Source of the DNA: an uncultured Planctomycetaceae bacterium
GTDB taxonomy: Bacteria; Planctomycetota; Planctomycetia; Isosphaerales; Isosphaeraceae
Reading direction: 5' to 3'
DNA: 64,000 nt
Assembly: GCA_963833985.1 (NCBI GenBank)
Contig: CAWIAD010000002.1
Coordinates: 1,216,001-1,280,000, forward strand
The stretch's first letter is position 1. Each line of letters opens with the position of its first letter. Below are positions 1 through 12,510 of the stretch, piece after piece. The notes beneath the pieces were generated by a model. It had not been told where the DNA came from. It did not search any database and was given only the letters and a program-made list of their open reading frames with translations. The translations under genes were made by a program, and so were the position numbers.

Positions 1-2268
1 GCCGCACTCCTTGAGGCCGACCCCCAACCGCAAGTGACGGTCGGCGACGTGACCGTGCTCAAGCCCACTTCCGGGCAGATCCAGGCGACCTTCACGGTCA
101 GCCTTTCGAACGCCAGCGACTTGCCCACCACGGTCAATTACACGACCTCCGACATCACAGCCAAGGCCGGGACCGATTACCTCTCGAATTCCGGTTCCAT
201 CACGTTTGCTCCCGGCCAGACCACCCAGCTCGTTCCGGTGACCGTAGTCGGGAATGCGTCGCCCACCGGCAACTTGACCTTCGGCTTCAACCTGACGAGT
301 GCTCTGAACGCGAGCATTGCCCGCACGCAGGCGATCGGCACCATCAACGACGTGAATCCCGCCGTCGGCCTGTACGTGGCCAATACCGTGGCAACAGTCG
401 ATGGCCCGGGGAACACTCAGGCAGTCTTCACGGTGACCCTCGCGCCCGCTCGGCTCGGTCAGGTCGTCACCGTGCAGTACATGACCATCGACGGAGACGC
501 CCTCGCGAATCGTGATTACCTGCCGAGCCAGGGGATCCTCACGTTCGAACCCGGCGTGTCGTCCCTGACCGTACCAGTCACCGTTCTCGGCGCGTTGACC
601 CCCCAGCCGACCCGAGAGTTCACACTGTTGCTCTCTTACGCGAACCCGTCGGGAACCGCCATCAGCCTCTCCGAGGCCACCGCAACAATCCTCAACTCGA
701 TCGTCGTGCCGACCATTTCCATCAATAACGTGGACGTGCTGCGTAGTAGCTCGGGTACAACCCCGGCGACCTTCACGGTCAGCCTCTCCGCCCCGACGCA
801 GGAGACGATCTCCGTCAACTACATGACCAGTGATGGGACGGCAATCGCGGGCATCGATTACCTTCCCGTCTACGGCACGCTCACGTTTCTGCCCGGTGAG
901 ACCAGCCTGCCCATCTCGGTGCCTGTGATCGGCAGCAGCGAGTACAGCCCCAACAAGACGTTTTCGGTCATTCTCAGTTCCCCAACCGCCGGCAAGCTCG
1001 ACGCACTTCAATCGAGGGGAACCGCAACCATCCTCAGCCAGGTCCCCCTTCCTTCGATCAACTGGCTGCCGGTCAATGCCGTGGAAGGGGTTCTGTTGAA
1101 CAACGTCGCGCTGGCCTCTTTGACCACGGGAACGCCCTCCGGAGCCCCGGTGCCGCCAGGCACCTACTTCGCATCCATCAACTGGGGTGACGGGACCGGC
1201 GTTTCTCAGGGGCAGCTGGTCTCGCAAGCAGCGCCGTCGGCGACGCTGGTCCTGGGGAGTCATCGCTATGCCGAGTCGGGAACCTACACGGTCCGGATCA
1301 CTCTCGGCAACAGCAGCACTCCGGTAGTCACGACCGGGAGTAACCCGCTGATCGTGGCCGAGGCGCCGATCGTCCTGACGGGCGGGCTCGACCCGGCCAG
1401 CGACAGCGGCATCTCGCACAGCGACGGCATCACGAACGTGACCCAGCCGGTCTTCGACGGTACGTCGGAAGCCTTCTCCACGGTGAGCGTCTACGCACAG
1501 CCGACCAGCGGCGGGGCTCGACAGCTCCTGGGGACCACGGTCACGAATGCCTCGGGAGCCTGGGGGCTGCAATCGACGGTGGCCCTGGCCGATGGTACTT
1601 ATACGGTCATCGCCCAGGCCGTGGATCAAAGCGGTGGGGCGACGGCACAGACCCAGCTTCTCCCCGGGGGAACAACCGGCCCGCTGATCATCGACACGGT
1701 CGGCCCAACGGTGACCAGCGCGGTGTTCGCCCGGCTGGAGGGATCGGTCTTTGTCACCTTCCAGGACAACCTGAGTGGGCTGTCCATGGCGACAGTCGTC
1801 AGCGGCGCGAATTATTCGCTCAACAAGCTGGTACACGGCCAGCCGGGACAGTTCTTCCCCAGCAACATCAGCCTGATTGCGAGCGGTGGGCCGACAGCCC
1901 CTCAGCAGGTGAGGATCAGCTTCAACGGCGGCCGTTACATCCGGGGCGGACAGTACCTGCTGACCATCCTCTCCGGAGGTGTCACCGATGTCGCCGGGAA
2001 CGCCCTGGACGGCGAGTTCTACGGCACCTTCCCCTCGGGCAATGGCACGCCGGGAGGCAATTACTATGCTGGCCTGGACGCCATACACAACAGCGTCTTC
2101 GCGCCCAAGCCGATCACCAGCGTCTACACCTCGCCCACGGGTTCAGGCAGGAGGCCACCCACGCGGAGCAGGAACCCGGGCAAGCAACCGCCGACGCAAA
2201 GCAAGTCCGGCAAACTTCTGCCGGTCGGCAGCATCCATAATGGCAGACAGGTCGTGAACCATTTCTGA
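1..2268 (+). CDS. Calx-beta repeat / Ig-like domain surface protein (5' partial)
   Basis: Frame open from base 1. Three Calx-beta-like repeats (FTVSLS...TVNYTTSD.TA.AG.DY...G.ITF.PG.T), a PKD-like INWGDG segment, and an Ig-like LDPASDSGISHSDGITNVTQPVFDGTSE segment. Confidence 0.85.
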   Translation, partial: AALLEADPQPQVTVGDVTVLKPTSGQIQATFTVSLSNASDLPTTVNYTTSDITAKAGTDYLSNSGSITFAPGQTTQLVPVTVVGNASPTGNLTFGFNLTSALNASIARTQAIGTINDVNPAVGLYVANTVATVDGPGNTQAVFTVTLAPARLGQVVTVQYMTIDGDALANRDYLPSQGILTFEPGVSSLTVPVTVLGALTPQPTREFTLLLSYANPSGTAISLSEATATILNSIVVPTISINNVDVLRSSSGTTPATFTVSLSAPTQETISVNYMTSDGTAIAGIDYLPVYGTLTFLPGETSLPISVPVIGSSEYSPNKTFSVILSSPTAGKLDALQSRGTATILSQVPLPSINWLPVNAVEGVLLNNVALASLTTGTPSGAPVPPGTYFASINWGDGTGVSQGQLVSQAAPSATLVLGSHRYAESGTYTVRITLGNSSTPVVTTGSNPLIVAEAPIVLTGGLDPASDSGISHSDGITNVTQPVFDGTSEAFSTVSVYAQPTSGGARQLLGTTVTNASGAWGLQSTVALADGTYTVIAQAVDQSGGATAQTQLLPGGTTGPLIIDTVGPTVTSAVFARLEGSVFVTFQDNLSGLSMATVVSGANYSLNKLVHGQPGQFFPSNISLIASGGPTAPQQVRISFNGGRYIRGGQYLLTILSGGVTDVAGNALDGEFYGTFPSGNGTPGGNYYAGLDAIHNSVFAPKPITSVYTSPTGSGRRPPTRSRNPGKQPPTQSKSGKLLPVGSIHNGRQVVNHF

Positions 2269-2328
2269 CGAGGACGGATCGGAGATGGTGTGCACATTCA
2301 GCCGATTCGATCCAGTAGATTGATTGAT

Positions 2329-4434
2329 TCAGTAGAGGACACGCAACTCGGTGCGAACCCACGGGTCGGCCCAGTAGTGGTACGAGACAGGCCAGGTGAC
2401 CGCGGTACCGAAATCGACGCGCTTGCAAATCGACATGCGCAGTCCGGGGCCGATGTTGAAGTAGGATTCGTTGCTGGACTTCGAGGGGCCCGTGAACGGG
2501 TTGGTGTAAAGGCCGTCCTGGAAAGACCATCCGTCCATCTCCAGGGTTCCGATGAGGGGAACCTCCGGGGCGGCGCGGTAGAGCACGTGATTGAACGCAA
2601 AAGCATATTTGAGAATGCCGCCGGCGTAGGACTGATCGCCGCCGATCGGAATCCACTCGGCGAGCTGGCCCTGAAAGTAGGTTTCGGGTCCGAGCTTGAT
2701 GCTCGTGAGCAAGGACGGCTCGAGAGAGATGTGGCCGTTGCCCAGACCCTGTCCCACATTGCCGATGGGAAAGTAAGTGCGGAACTGGAAGGTGAGCTGT
2801 ATCAGCTCGCAGTCCAGCAGCAACGATTTGGTGCCGATGTTCATGTCGGAAAAGCCGGCGGCATGGCGAAACGTGCCGATGTTCGGCTGCGCGTTGGGGG
2901 CATTGGGGTAGGCGTTGAGCGATGAATAGGGGATCTCGACAAAGAACGACCCTCTCTTGGAGGCGGCCTCGGTGTAGAACGAGCCGACGTTCATGTTGAG
3001 GTAGGACCAGCCTCTGACGATGCTGCCCCGGGGCCCCACGAGCAGAGGCGGCTTTGGGCCTTTCCCCTGAAATTTCCCCTGGTAGTTGTACATCGCCTGG
3101 GCCCACCAGTATTCGTTGCGGTCGGGGAACTCAAGGTGGGGCATGGCGTCATAGCGGAATCGTGTCAGGGTCTGGGGCCGCGCGTAGTCCACGAAGAATG
3201 CGGCATTGGCCTCGGGAACCCAGCTCGGCTGGTAGCAGGGGTCGGGGCAGCAAATACACTCGTAGAGGTTGGCGAAGAAGCGCCCGACCGCGGTATGGGT
3301 CTCGATGGGATAGCACGCCTTCTGGCCGGGAAAGCACGTGCCCCGGCCTCCGCATGTCAGGCACGAATTCGTGCTGCCGGAGAGATGTCCGCTGCCCCCG
3401 CAGGTTGGGCACGAGACGCTGATGACGTCGGCATCGGTTCGCGGCTTCTCGCCGGGTCCTGGCCCGGCAACGGAGAGTGGCGATGTTGCCGACGGGGTGT
3501 CGCGGCTGCCGGCAGGGGCCTGCGTGGCCGGCGCGTTTCCCGGACCGGGAGCAGCCAGGATATCGACGGCTCGTGCAATGCCGGCCGGTACGCCGGGCGG
3601 CGCTGGGACGTTGTCGGGTAAGCGTGGAAGCTCGGCTGTCGGAGGCGTGCGGAGTGGCTCTGTCCGAACCTCAATCGATGTGTCAGCGGCCTGGATCACC
3701 TCCGGGTCCAGTGGCCGGGGATGCGCAGTGGATGTCTCGCTTTTTCCGGTGTCGTCGCGCGCCCATCCGTCTTCGAGGCCGGGCCAGCCGCGAGGCTCCG
3801 TGGGATCCCTGGCGCCGGAAGGCACGGAAGCGTCCTCCTCCCAGTCGCTGGCGGCAGTACGCCCGGGCTCGAGAGAGCTCGTGACGCTTTCGGACTGTGT
3901 CCAGTCGTCATCGCGAGCGCTCGTGGTGGTGCCCCGTTTTTCGGACGCATCGTCCCAGCCCGTCACTCGGCGGCGCAGGCTGGCTTTGTGCTCCGCGCGT
4001 GGCGGAGTGAGCCCGGTTCCCGTTTGCCCGCGCGGGCGATCGCTCTGCGACCATTCGTCCTCCTCGGCGTCCGCGGGTCGCTCGTCGCCAGAGGGGTCCT
4101 CGTTCGCGAACCCTCGGGATTCGCTCTCACGTTCCGGACGATACAAGTCCTCGCCGGCGCACGGTCGCCTGAGAGGCTGATACACGGTTTCGTCGTTCGC
4201 GTCGAGTCTCTCCTTTCCAGGTACGGACGAAGGGTCCGAACGATCCGTGCGGCCCGCCGTGGTGCCGGTGCCGGCACCCTTCGGGATCCAGGAGATGGAG
4301 ACGTCCAGGGGAATCGAAGGCTTGAGGGTCACCAGCAGAAGGCTGCCCAGCAGGGCAACGAGAACCCAGGCGAGCCGGTTTGAGCCGCGCTGACGGTGCG
4401 ACCCGACGGTCTGGGATCTCTCAGCGCCGTTCAC
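2329..4434 (-). CDS. Envelope protein: disordered N-terminus, Cys-rich linker, putative C-terminal outer-membrane beta-barrel
   Basis: N-terminal hydrophobic segment; CPTCG/CLTCG/CICCPDPC cluster; amphipathic strands (GFSDMNIGTKSLL, FQFRTYFPIG, GHISLEPSLL) ending in an aromatic residue (ELRVLY). Confidence 0.6.
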   Translation of the reverse strand: MNGAERSQTVGSHRQRGSNRLAWVLVALLGSLLLVTLKPSIPLDVSISWIPKGAGTGTTAGRTDRSDPSSVPGKERLDANDETVYQPLRRPCAGEDLYRPERESESRGFANEDPSGDERPADAEEDEWSQSDRPRGQTGTGLTPPRAEHKASLRRRVTGWDDASEKRGTTTSARDDDWTQSESVTSSLEPGRTAASDWEEDASVPSGARDPTEPRGWPGLEDGWARDDTGKSETSTAHPRPLDPEVIQAADTSIEVRTEPLRTPPTAELPRLPDNVPAPPGVPAGIARAVDILAAPGPGNAPATQAPAGSRDTPSATSPLSVAGPGPGEKPRTDADVISVSCPTCGGSGHLSGSTNSCLTCGGRGTCFPGQKACYPIETHTAVGRFFANLYECICCPDPCYQPSWVPEANAAFFVDYARPQTLTRFRYDAMPHLEFPDRNEYWWAQAMYNYQGKFQGKGPKPPLLVGPRGSIVRGWSYLNMNVGSFYTEAASKRGSFFVEIPYSSLNAYPNAPNAQPNIGTFRHAAGFSDMNIGTKSLLLDCELIQLTFQFRTYFPIGNVGQGLGNGHISLEPSLLTSIKLGPETYFQGQLAEWIPIGGDQSYAGGILKYAFAFNHVLYRAAPEVPLIGTLEMDGWSFQDGLYTNPFTGPSKSSNESYFNIGPGLRMSICKRVDFGTAVTWPVSYHYWADPWVRTELRVLY

Positions 4435-4823
4435 GATCGGCCACCCTTCAATGGTTCACTCCGATGCCCGCGCGCATCAATGCGAGCGAGGCTCTGCGAG
4501 GCCTGCAAGCTTCACGGTGGTGCAGGCCCAGGTTCTGAGCGGGCCACGGGATTGTCGGCGCCCGAGAAAACGAGGCATCCCGGCAGGGATGAGACACATC
4601 CGCAAACGACAGGAGATGGACCACATCGGGAATCGGCAACCCGAGGGGCGGCGGTTTATACACGAATACCGCCGGCGGCACAAGCCAGGATCCGCAGTTT
4701 CGTCAAAAGCGTCCAGACCGGCAAAATCATCAGGGTCGTGCGTGTCTGGAGCCGATGAGTGTCGCCGAGGGCCCTGATATTCTGGAAGAGTCACGCGGGT
4801 TTCGGCGCGCCGGAGACGGTCGC

Positions 4824-6095
4824 ATGAGTAAAGGGTTGATCTTGTTTCTGTGCCTGTCCGCCTGGGTCGGGGCGATTGCGGGTCTGGCAGTACCGGCTCA
4901 CGCGCAGTTTTCCGTCCCGTCCCCTGTGATCCCGTCCAGTCCCGTGCCCTCGGCGGCAGGGCTGGCGGCCCCCGCAGCGTTGGCGGCCCCGGTGGCGGCA
5001 CCCCGGACGCTCTGGAGCAGTCTGGGTTTGAGCGCGGCGAGTATCCACGCCTGCCGGGACAAGCTGTGTGCCTCGCCGCTCGGGCAGATGATGAATGGTA
5101 TGCTGCTTCCGATGGGATCGCTCACAGGCGGTCTGATTCCCACGATTTGCCCGACGAACACGAATGCATCGAACCTGGCGGACCAGCCGGGGGGACCGGC
5201 GGGACCGGCAGGAGCACAGGCAGCCGCAGCCGCCATCCAGGCAGACGTGGCCGGAGCAGGGGCCCGGATCGCGGCGATCGAATACCTGGCAACGGTGGAT
5301 TGTCATTACTGGCCCGAGGCCGAGGCGGCGTTGATCGGCCGGCTGCGTGGCGACCGGGTGGAGTGCGTGCGGTTCGCCGCGGCACGGGCCCTCGGTTCGG
5401 GTTGCTGCTGCACCAAGAAGACCATCGAGGCCCTCGAGCTGGTGGTCGCGGGCGAGGACAAGGACGGGTTTCCGTCCGAGACCTCGGAGCGCGTGCTTGC
5501 TGCCTCGAGCGATGCGCTGCAAAACTGCATGACGCGCCTCGAGGGCGTGCCAACCCCACCCGAGCCGCCCGAACCTCCTGAGCCAGCGACTCCCAAACCT
5601 CCCGAGCCGCCAGGCTCCGGCGGTGCCAGTCCCTTCTCACCGAAGGTCGGTCAGCGTCCCAGGGACGCCCTGGGGTATTACGATCTGGCCAGCCAGCGCC
5701 GATCGCTGGCCCAGGTGAAGGCCGACGGCAAGCGCATCCTGGCCCAGGCAAAGTCTCAGGGTGTGGGAAAACGCACCCTGACCACCGGCAATCGAAGCGT
5801 CTTCGGAGCCATGGCCCATGCTTCCTCGCCGTATTCCCATGGCGATCGCGGCGCGACGGTCTTGAACCTGGAACACGAGGCCGTGGCCGAGCCCGCGCAG
5901 CCGGCCATCGAGAACCAGCCGCAGGAACCTGCGCAGGCCGGCTCCGATCGAGCCGGGGACCGATCCGTTACCCGGGCGAACGACCCGGATGCCGGCGAAA
6001 CGCGGAAACCGCGATCGGCCTTCCAGTTAATCCGCCGCTCACTCTTTCCTCGAGCGGACGCAAATCTGGAGCAACCCGCTGCATCCCGGCCCTGA
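4824..6095 (+). CDS. Secreted Cys-rich HEAT-repeat-like protein
   Basis: GGAG RBS before ATG 4824; signal peptide ending AHA; HEAT-like EAEAALIGRLRGDRVECVRFAAARALG; Pro-rich linker. Confidence 0.65.
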   Translation: MSKGLILFLCLSAWVGAIAGLAVPAHAQFSVPSPVIPSSPVPSAAGLAAPAALAAPVAAPRTLWSSLGLSAASIHACRDKLCASPLGQMMNGMLLPMGSLTGGLIPTICPTNTNASNLADQPGGPAGPAGAQAAAAAIQADVAGAGARIAAIEYLATVDCHYWPEAEAALIGRLRGDRVECVRFAAARALGSGCCCTKKTIEALELVVAGEDKDGFPSETSERVLAASSDALQNCMTRLEGVPTPPEPPEPPEPATPKPPEPPGSGGASPFSPKVGQRPRDALGYYDLASQRRSLAQVKADGKRILAQAKSQGVGKRTLTTGNRSVFGAMAHASSPYSHGDRGATVLNLEHEAVAEPAQPAIENQPQEPAQAGSDRAGDRSVTRANDPDAGETRKPRSAFQLIRRSLFPRADANLEQPAASRP

Positions 6096-6137
6096 GCCGT
6101 CGTTTGCGACCCGCGTATCGACTTCGCCAACAAAAAT

Positions 6138-9100
6138 GTGGAGTCGTATCAAGCTTGGGTTTATACTTCCACAGATTCAGCTCTCCATGAACATCTCTAT
6201 GAGCGGCGCACCATGCCATCTCGCCCAGGAACAGGGACAGGTCAGTCGTGGCGGTCCGCGGAAAACGGTCCGGAAGAAAACGCTGCGGGGCCCGCGTGGA
6301 CCCGAGCGCGGAGCCTGAAGCCCTACAGGCAGCAGCACTGGCGCTGGCCGGTGATTGTGCTGCTGGCACTGGCCTTGCCGGTTGTGCTTGGTTCACTGAT
6401 CTGGATGGTCCAGCGGCTGCGGCTGCCCACGCCGGCGCACCTCGAACTCGTGTGTGCGGGTTATGAGCTCAACGTCCAGGTCCCGCACAATGTTCCGGCG
6501 AAGAATGCGCTCAGGAGGCTGTCTCGAGTCGCCAGGTCCACCGGAGGGCAGTGGTTCGAGAAGCTGGCCCGCTATCATCAAGGGCCCAGAGAACTGGCTG
6601 ACTTGGACATCCAGTCCAGCGCGGCCTGGAAGGCAGCAGGGAACCAGCCGAGCCGCAAGGCGGTCGAGCTTGCGAAGCTGAAATCCCCGACCGTGATCAT
6701 CGTCATGGCGCTGCACGGCGCCGTCGATGAATCGGGCGCCTATTTCCTGCTTCAGGATAGCAAGGCGACCCCGGATCCGGGGAACCGCCTGCGCCTCGCC
6801 GATGTGCTCGAGACCCTGGCCAACCTTCCTCCGTCCCAGAACAAGGTGTTGATCCTGGATGCGACCCGGCTGGAATACCACTTCGAGCTGGGGATGATCA
6901 ACAACAGCTTTGCAGAGCAGCTCGAAGAGCCTGGAAAAACGAATTCTGGAAATCCCCCGGCTGGTCGTAATCAGTGCCAGCAGAGTGAACGAGAAATCCT
7001 GGGTTGATCGCTCGAACAACGAAAGCGTTTTCTTGAGAACGCTGATCGACCACATGATCGTCCCCCGGAACAAGGGCGGGCGACTGAGCCTTGATCATCT
7101 TTTCGAGGCCGTCCGTGAGGACGTCGCGGACTGGGTCTGGGCTCATCGTGAAGCCCTGCAACGGCCGGTGCTGCTGCCGCGCGGCGAGGCAGGCAGGAAT
7201 CGCGCCGCGGCCATCGAGCTGCCGGTGCTGCTGGCCGAGTCGCCCGTTGAAAACCCGCCGGTGGACTCCGGGCAGCTCAGTGCCGAATTGCAGGCGGTGT
7301 GGAAAGAATACCACCACGTCGAAGGCCCGGAAGACCCTCCTTACATGCCCTACATCACCTCACCGGGTTTCTGGCGGCTCTACCAGGCCAACGTGACCCG
7401 CTTCGATGAGCTGGCGCGCGCTGGCGACGTGGAGTCGGCCAGGGTGCTGGAACAGCGGTTCCAGCTCCTGGAAACCGAGATGCGCGGCGTCCAGGTGCGA
7501 AAGCTCGGCGCGGCACTCGGGACGCTGGCCATGCCGATACTGACGGGTGAGATGGATCCGTACCTCGCCGTCGACCGCAGGATCCCGGAGCGGTTCGATA
7601 AACTCTGGAAGCTCCCCGAGCCGGAACAACCGGGGGAATGGAACCGCTGGAAGGCCGAGGCTGCCACGTATCAAACGGCCTCCGGGGATGTTCCGTCGGA
7701 TGCGCGGCCCGGAACGGCCGTAGCCGGCTCCGACTCAGGCACATCGCATCCCCAGTGGCTGGCAGCCCAGGTGGGAGCACTGATCCTGGATCGGGCCTGC
7801 GCGGACCCTGCCGGGAATCTGTCACGCGCCGCCCGACTGGCCAGAGTCCTCGAGGACCCGCTGGAGATCCGACCCCAGGAATTGCACTTCCTGATCATGC
7901 TGGATCGGGACTTGCCTCTTCCCACCCTGAGGGAACATCCCCGGATCATGGCATTGGCCCTGAAGGTCCGCCGCCTGGCCGAGCGTGCCATGATCGGTGT
8001 GCAGGAGGAAGGTCAAACGCGTGAGAACACCGTGGCCATCCCGGAAGTTTCCGCCCTTCTCAGGCAGGCCATGGCGCTGGGCGATGAGCGGAGGCAGCAT
8101 GGTCAGGATCTGCTCTTCGCGACCGACAAGGCGAGTTTGCAGGACGCCGAGGCGGCCCTGAAGGAAGCGGAAAGCTGGTACCGTAACGCGATTTCTTATG
8201 GAGCAAAGATCCGCGTAGCCCTGCGCCTCCGGGATCGTGCGTTCTCCGATTTGCCAGGTTACACCAGCTGGGTCCTGCAATTGAGGTTTCCTCGAGGCCG
8301 GCCCCAGGTCCTCGAGGTCCTGCGCAATCATCTGGGGGATTTCTGGAAGAAGGCCCATCGGCTCAACGAGGCACTCGCGCGCGTGGATTTGCCGGCAACG
8401 GCTCGCACCAACCCGTATACCGCTGTCACCGATCTGAGCCGAGAGACCGAGCACCTGAGCCAGCTCACGACCGAGCTGAATCAAGCCTTCGCCGTGATCA
8501 GAACCGACTTGACCGCTTACGTCGGGACGATTCTCAGGTCCCCGGGCAAAAACATGGCCGAGTTGTGCGCCAGTCACCTGGCGCTGACGGTTCTGGAGCG
8601 CGAGGATCGAGAGAATCTCGAAAAGGCCTACTGGGAAGCCCGCGATCGAGAAAAGGCAACCGGGTCGGGCCAGGCATCGGGAGGGTCCGAGATCAGCCCT
8701 GTCGAGCAGCAGAGCGAGGCCTGGGTGCTGACGAGGAATCGAGGTCTGATTGCGCTGGAAGTCCTGGGAGATCGCGAGCTTTCCCGCGACTGTACCTCTC
8801 CCGAAACGACGACCGTGTCGGTGGGCCAGCCCGCGGTGTCCGCGGACAGGTATTACCAGTTGAAGGAGTTCCTCGGGTCACTGGCCGAAGACGAGATCAG
8901 GCCGGAAACCGGCCGGGAGCGACGGGTCGATCTGATGCAGTTCGGCCATGAGATTGGCGACCGATTCGCTTGCCTGGTGCAGCGCTTCAACATGCAGAGC
9001 CAGCTCCTGATCGGATCAAGCAAGACCGACGCTTCCCGGTCCGGGGGACGATCGGTCCGGCTGGCGGACGATGATCTGATCCGACGCGTCGGACTTGTGT

Positions 9101-11532
9101 CGATCTTCAATACGGACCCGAAGTTGCTTTACTCGGACCCCGTTCCGGTCCGTCGCCTTGCCCTCTTCCTTGAGAGCCAGGCACGCCGGGCCAGCGAGGA
9201 CCGTTGGTATGGGGAAGAATCGCGCGAGAAGGTGGGTCAAACGTCGCCCCCCTATCACGAACGCGTGGCACGCGCGTTCGAGGGAGATGTCAAGGGACTG
9301 GGGCTGCCGGGAGAGGGAGAGTCGACCGCGACTTCGCGCGCCGGAGATCTGCGCCTCAGCGGCCGGGATCGTCTGGCCATCACCAGCGAGCCGCGCGTCG
9401 ACGTGTCCTACCGGCTCGAGGCCGACGACGACCCCGTGCTTCAGCGTGGGGTTGCCGTTGTCGGGATCGACCCCGACCCGTTTCATCCGTTATCGGGTCC
9501 GGCCCCTCCGAAGGCGATGCCCCTGGCGAGGGATAAGTCCCGGGATCTGACGCGCTCCGTGACGGCTCCCTCGGGGCAGGAATGGAATCTGTCACGGCAG
9601 CGGCTTGCAGCGCGGCAAGAACAACTGCGCGCGCGGGCATTGTTTCGCGGCCGGATCATCGAAAAGACAACCCAGATCGCTTTCACTCCCATGCCCGATG
9701 TGCGCATCGTCCAGCCGCCCAACTCATCCAGCGGCATCGTGGTCACATCGAGCGCGGAGGCCAGTGGGGAGAGCCATCCGGACGGGGCCATTGCCATCGT
9801 GCTGGACGCCTCGGGAAGCATGGGGGGCCAGGGCGATCAGCCCGGGAAATCCAAGTACGCCGAGGCGGTCGAGGCGCTGAAGCTCGTGCTGTCTCGCCTA
9901 CCTGAGGGAACCCGGATCAGCATCTGGGTCTTCGGGCAAGCCATGGGCTCGGGGCTGACCGTCGAGGCCGAGCGCGCCATCCAGTGTCTGGTACCCCCGG
10001 TCCGATGGCGCACCGACCTGCTGCCGGGATTGACGAAAGAGCTGACCTCGTTCCGCCCCTGGAACCAGTCCGCCGTGCTGCGGGCCATGCTTCAGGCTGC
10101 CCAGGACCTTGAGGGCGTGGAAGGTTACAGGGCGCTCGTAGTCCTTACCGACGGAGAAGACAATCGCTGGCAGCGCGACTCCGAGGCTAACCCTCAGCAC
10201 CTGGAAGTGGCCCCGGCGCTTCGTGAGCGGTTTGACCAGGCGGGTATCGCCATCCACGTGATCGCCTATCGCGTCCACGACTCCCTTGAACGTGATCGGA
10301 CCCAGGCCCAGTTTCAGGTGGTCACGCGATTCAAGACGCGCGGATCCTTTCTGCTGGCGGACGAGGCGGGAATGCTCGCGGAACGACTTGACCGATCGAT
10401 GCCTCGCGGCCTCAGCTACCGGCTACTTCAAGGCGACAACCGCCCGGTCGCGGGTATGACACCCGGCGGCATCCCCGTGGGGCGCCCCGGCACGCTCGAT
10501 CGTCCGCTGCGGCTGGCACCGGGAGGCTATCAATTCTGGCTTCAGGGACAGGAGCGTGCGGGCAACGAGATTGTGGTCGATGCCGGGCGCTGGCTGCTCC
10601 TGAAGGTTGTTCCCGGATCAGGCCCATCAGATCTGAGGGTGATCCGCGGTCTGTACGCGTCCGAACTGTTCCCCTTCCGGCCGGCTCGACGCGACGTCAG
10701 GTCGCAATGGGTCCTCTCGGCGCTGCAAAACGGCCTGGAGAATGGGGGGGGACTTCAAACGGTCCTCACGCTGGAGCGGACCTTCGATGCCAGGGAGGCC
10801 ATCCTTCAATCGGTCTACCCGCGCGAGGTCTGGGTGGAACTGGTTCCCGACAGCGGAGAACGCCGCGGTATCGCGACCCGGCTCGTGGCGTTGCCCGGAT
10901 ATCCGGGGCCAACCTGGAATGCGGACGCGATGAGCTGGCCGTCCGATGCCGGCTCGAAGCTGCCAGCCGCCCCGGTACTCGAGGCCTGGTGGGATCCTGA
11001 CCGGCCTGCAACCGCCGACGCCTCGCTGACGCCCGGACGCGACTTTCAGTCCCTGGACGACTTGCAAGCGCAGACGATCGACATCGGGGGCAAAGCGGTG
11101 ATCGTGGAGAGCGTGTCCCTGGAGACGCAGACCGTCATGATCGATTCCGAGCGAACCGGGCGGCGCCCCTGCCTCGTTGTGCGGGTTGCCCACCCGCCAG
11201 GCCACCCGGTCCGGGTGCGGCTGGACGCCCTCGGAATTGCGGGATCCGAGGAATGGTTCTACCAGGAGGCCGGAAAGGCGACGGCTCTGTTCTGGCCGTT
11301 CACGGCGGACCAGGGAGTTGCGGCGGTCCATCGGATCGAGCTGTTCTCGCTCAATGGCTTCAAGCAGGTGGCCGAGCAGCGGGGGTTCCATATTCGTTTG
11401 AACGGGCTCGGGTCCCCCCAGGCCGGCGACTCCCGGCCGCTCTCCGTTCTGGCGGGGGGAATCCCGCCGAGATCGACCTCCGAGGACCTCCCTGCCTCCG
11501 CGCCACTTCCTCCGCATCGGCAGGAGCGCTGA
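6138..11532 (+). CDS. Large membrane-anchored protein with caspase-like N-terminal domain and vWA domain (frameshift near 6930 joins two ORFs)
   Basis: ORF 6138-7007: TM helix, IIVMALHG, VLILDAT. ORF 6910-11532 continues the caspase fold (LVVISAS..EKSW, LSLDHLFEAVRE) and has vWA MIDAS motifs VLDASGSM and VLTDGED. Confidence 0.7.
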
Positions 11533-11703
11533 AACATGCCGTGCCTCACGACTGTTCCCGGACACCAGGTGACAGGTCATCCGCGCCACGGTCCCGGAAT
11601 GCTCCGCCGCCTCGGGCCCGATCGCCGTCGAACGGGCCAGTTCCGGACGCACGGGCTGCGGCCATCGGCGGAGAATCTCTCTGACGAAGGCGGTTGCTGT
11701 GCT

Positions 11704-12510
11704 CTAATGCCGATTCCGCAACGGCTCTGTATGCTGTTCCAGCGAGCTTTCAAGCATCTGGAGGCTTTCAAGCAATCTCGACGGGGATCGCGACTCAGGC
11801 TCGTCTCGCCGCGGCATGCGATTCAAGACGATCAGGATGACCGCTGCCCAGGCAGCCGCCATCACCTTGAGAATCAGGCTCAGCATGTGGAAGGGAGGGG
11901 GATCGAAAGCGCCGAGATGGAACAGGGGAAGCCCATTGGCCCCGAGGTACAGCCAGGTCGCCAGTGTGATCACGAACAGCGTCAGTGCCTGGGCCGATCC
12001 GCCCCTGGACGCAAGCAAACGAGCGGCACGCGTCTCGAGCGAGGGATTCGCCCGCCATTCATCCTCGTTCTGCCGTCTCGATTGATCCTCGAGCGACATG
12101 GAAATCGAGCGCAGTCGCCGCGCCACTCGCGCTATGATCGCCACAAGAATCCTTGGAGCTTGTGCGCTCAGTTCGTCGAGGTCGGATCGATCCAGAACGC
12201 ACAACTCGCAATCTCCGAGGGCGGTTGCCTGGTAGAGCGACGGAACGCCGCCCAGGAGGAGTTCCTCGCCGAAGAAATCTCCTTCACCATGACTCGTCAC
12301 GGTCGGGCGGCCCATGTCGTGCTCGGTGGAGAGCTCGATGGTACCCCCGCAAACCACGAACATCACATTGCTTCGCTCTCCCCGGCGCAGCACGACCGCG
12401 TCCTTCGGATAGTGCCTGTGCGTGAACAGGCGGCCAAGGAGCTTTGCCTGCTGGGGATCCAGGCCAGCCAGTTCGGATCGGCTCGGGCTGGCAATCGAAT
12501 CAAGCCCCAC
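11704..12510 (-). CDS. Cyclic-nucleotide-binding domain membrane protein (DUF1003-like C-terminus)
   Basis: AGGAG RBS before GTG 12510; cNMP motifs RGERSNVMFVVCGG, GDFFGEELLL, ATALGDCEL; two TM helices with FDPPPF. Confidence 0.75.
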   Translation of the reverse strand: MGLDSIASPSRSELAGLDPQQAKLLGRLFTHRHYPKDAVVLRRGERSNVMFVVCGGTIELSTEHDMGRPTVTSHGEGDFFGEELLLGGVPSLYQATALGDCELCVLDRSDLDELSAQAPRILVAIIARVARRLRSISMSLEDQSRRQNEDEWRANPSLETRAARLLASRGGSAQALTLFVITLATWLYLGANGLPLFHLGAFDPPPFHMLSLILKVMAAAWAAVILIVLNRMPRRDEPESRSPSRLLESLQMLESSLEQHTEPLRNRH